Of a stretch of 5,349 nucleotides of DNA, positions 4,580 to 5,349 are shown piece after piece. Origin of the DNA: a virus (Duplodnaviria > Heunggongvirae > Uroviricota > Caudoviricetes). The notes under the pieces were generated by a model, which saw only the letters and a list, made by a program, of their open reading frames with translations, was not told where the DNA came from and searched no databases. Position numbers and translations under genes: made by a program. Every line of letters begins with the position of its first letter. Within the stretch, counting starts at the first letter, position 1. The stretch covers positions 1 to 5,349 of IMG/VR virus record IMGVR_UViG_2684622670_000010. One strand, given 5' to 3'.

Positions 4580-5029
4580 ATGGAAGAACAAGCAAACAAG
4601 ATTCTCGTAGAACTACTGCAAAAAGCCAGCAATGGAATAGACGCGGCCGTTTCATTTAGCCAGGCACAGATTCCTGATGTTGTTCATCAGTTGCTGCTAT
4701 GGAATATGGTTGACAGTCTGATTAAAACATTAATAGCCATTCTAACAATCCCACTGGTTTTCTGGTTTATGAAGAAGCAGTGCCAAAGAGTTGAGATAGG
4801 TAAAATCGGTGATGAAGGATATTCATGGGAGAAGGGAAATCCCAAATACAGGCCGACAATGGTTTGGGATAGCAAAGGTGATATTAATCTTCTTATCATG
4901 CCATTGGTTGGAGTTTTGACTCTGTGGGGGATTTTTATTATTGGTGTAGTAACCAATATGACTTGGTTAAAAATTTGGCTGGCTCCAAAGCTTTACCTTA
5001 TCGAATATGCAGCATCATTGGTTAAGTAA
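4580..5029 (+). CDS. Hypothetical small membrane protein (149 aa, two predicted TM segments) immediately downstream of N
   Basis: ORF in the track. The ATG lies 8 nt after the N stop and is preceded by GAGGTGA. Hydrophobic segments IKTLIAILTIPLVFWFM and LLIMPLVGVLTLWGIFIIGVVTNMTWL. Followed directly by an intrinsic terminator. No homolog recognised. Confidence 0.6.
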   Translation: MEEQANKILVELLQKASNGIDAAVSFSQAQIPDVVHQLLLWNMVDSLIKTLIAILTIPLVFWFMKKQCQRVEIGKIGDEGYSWEKGNPKYRPTMVWDSKGDINLLIMPLVGVLTLWGIFIIGVVTNMTWLKIWLAPKLYLIEYAASLVK

Positions 5030-5033
5030 TTTC

Positions 5034-5060
5034 AGGCCGCATAGTCGGCCTTTATTTTTG
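5034..5060 (+). terminator. Rho-independent terminator (tL1-like) after the N / membrane-protein pair
   Basis: AGGCCG (5034-5039), loop catagt, CGGCCT (5046-5051), then TTATTTTTG (5052-5060), 4 nt after the stop codon. Confidence 0.7.
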
Positions 5061-5178
5061 GCACTAACAACAGAATAAACACAGCACTGTGTATTCATTC
5101 CAACGAGTGAATACACGGAGCAATGTCGCTCGTAACTAAACAGGAGCCGACTTGTTCTGATCATTGGAAATCTTCTTT

Positions 5179-5206
5179 GCCCTCTAATGTGAGGGCGATT
5201 TTTTAT
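5179..5206 (+). terminator. Second rho-independent terminator
   Basis: GCCCTC (5179-5184), loop taatgt, GAGGGC (5191-5196), then GATTTTTTAT (5197-5206). Confidence 0.6.
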
Positions 5207-5224
5207 CTATGAGGATATGAATAG

Positions 5225-5349
5225 ATGTCAAACATCAAAAAATACATCATTGATTACGACTGGAAAGCATCAATAGAAATTGAAATCGACCATGACGTAA
5301 TGACAGAGGAAAAACTTCACCAGATTAATAATTTCTGGTCAGACTCTGA
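5225..5349 (+). CDS. Hypothetical protein, N-terminal 41 codons only (runs off the right edge of the window)
   Basis: ATG 5225 preceded by GAGGA (5211-5215, 9-nt spacer). Open frame to the window end: MSNIKKYIIDYDWKASIEIEIDHDVMTEEKLHQINNFWSDS. AT-rich. Not in the ORF track because no stop falls within the window. Confidence 0.4.
   Translation, partial: MSNIKKYIIDYDWKASIEIEIDHDVMTEEKLHQINNFWSDS

Noticed and set aside
4687-4956. 89-aa minus-strand ORF antisense to the 149-aa membrane-protein gene
   Set aside because: Antisense artefact; the plus-strand gene has the SD, operon context and a terminator.
5123-5212. 29-codon plus-strand ORF between the two terminators
   Set aside because: Its only SD-like sequence (GGAG) is 2 nt from the ATG, and the frame runs through the second terminator hairpin. 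More likely non-coding.
1-5349. CRISPR arrays, tRNA or rRNA genes, insertion-sequence ends or integrase/att sites
   Set aside because: No regularly spaced direct repeats with unique spacers, no cloverleaf-capable tRNA-like segments, and no terminal inverted repeats flanking a transposase-like ORF were seen. The repeats present are explained by the ori iterons, operators and terminators.

Overview
This window reads as the immunity and early-replication core of a lambdoid, P22-like temperate phage or prophage; all calls are from reading the sequence and recalled family knowledge, with no database search run. Minus strand (the rightward PR operon, read from high to low coordinates): Cro-like HTH protein (1838..2065), a nutR site, a CII-family activator (1435..1731), a possible small basic ORF (1241..1402), lambda-O-type replication initiator (433..1254) with an internal ori, and the start of a DnaB-family helicase (1..436, partial). 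Plus strand: a CI/LexA-type repressor (2144..2851), then an AT-rich two-gene cassette (2958..3335 and 3316..3795) and a terminator, then pL/OL, nutL, an N-family antiterminator (4236..4571), a small two-TM membrane protein (4580..5029), two intrinsic terminators, and the start of another gene (5225..5349, partial). The most interesting locus is the uncharacterised cassette between the repressor and pL: a 125-aa four-cysteine protein coupled to a ~159-aa single-pass membrane protein, at about 34% GC against roughly 50% in the flanks. It sits where lambda carries rexAB, so it is a candidate lysogen-expressed exclusion or abortive-infection module, but that is inferred from position only. The regulatory grammar (OR, OL, PRE, oop-like antisense RNA, nut sites, ori iterons) can be read directly and is listed with moderate confidence.
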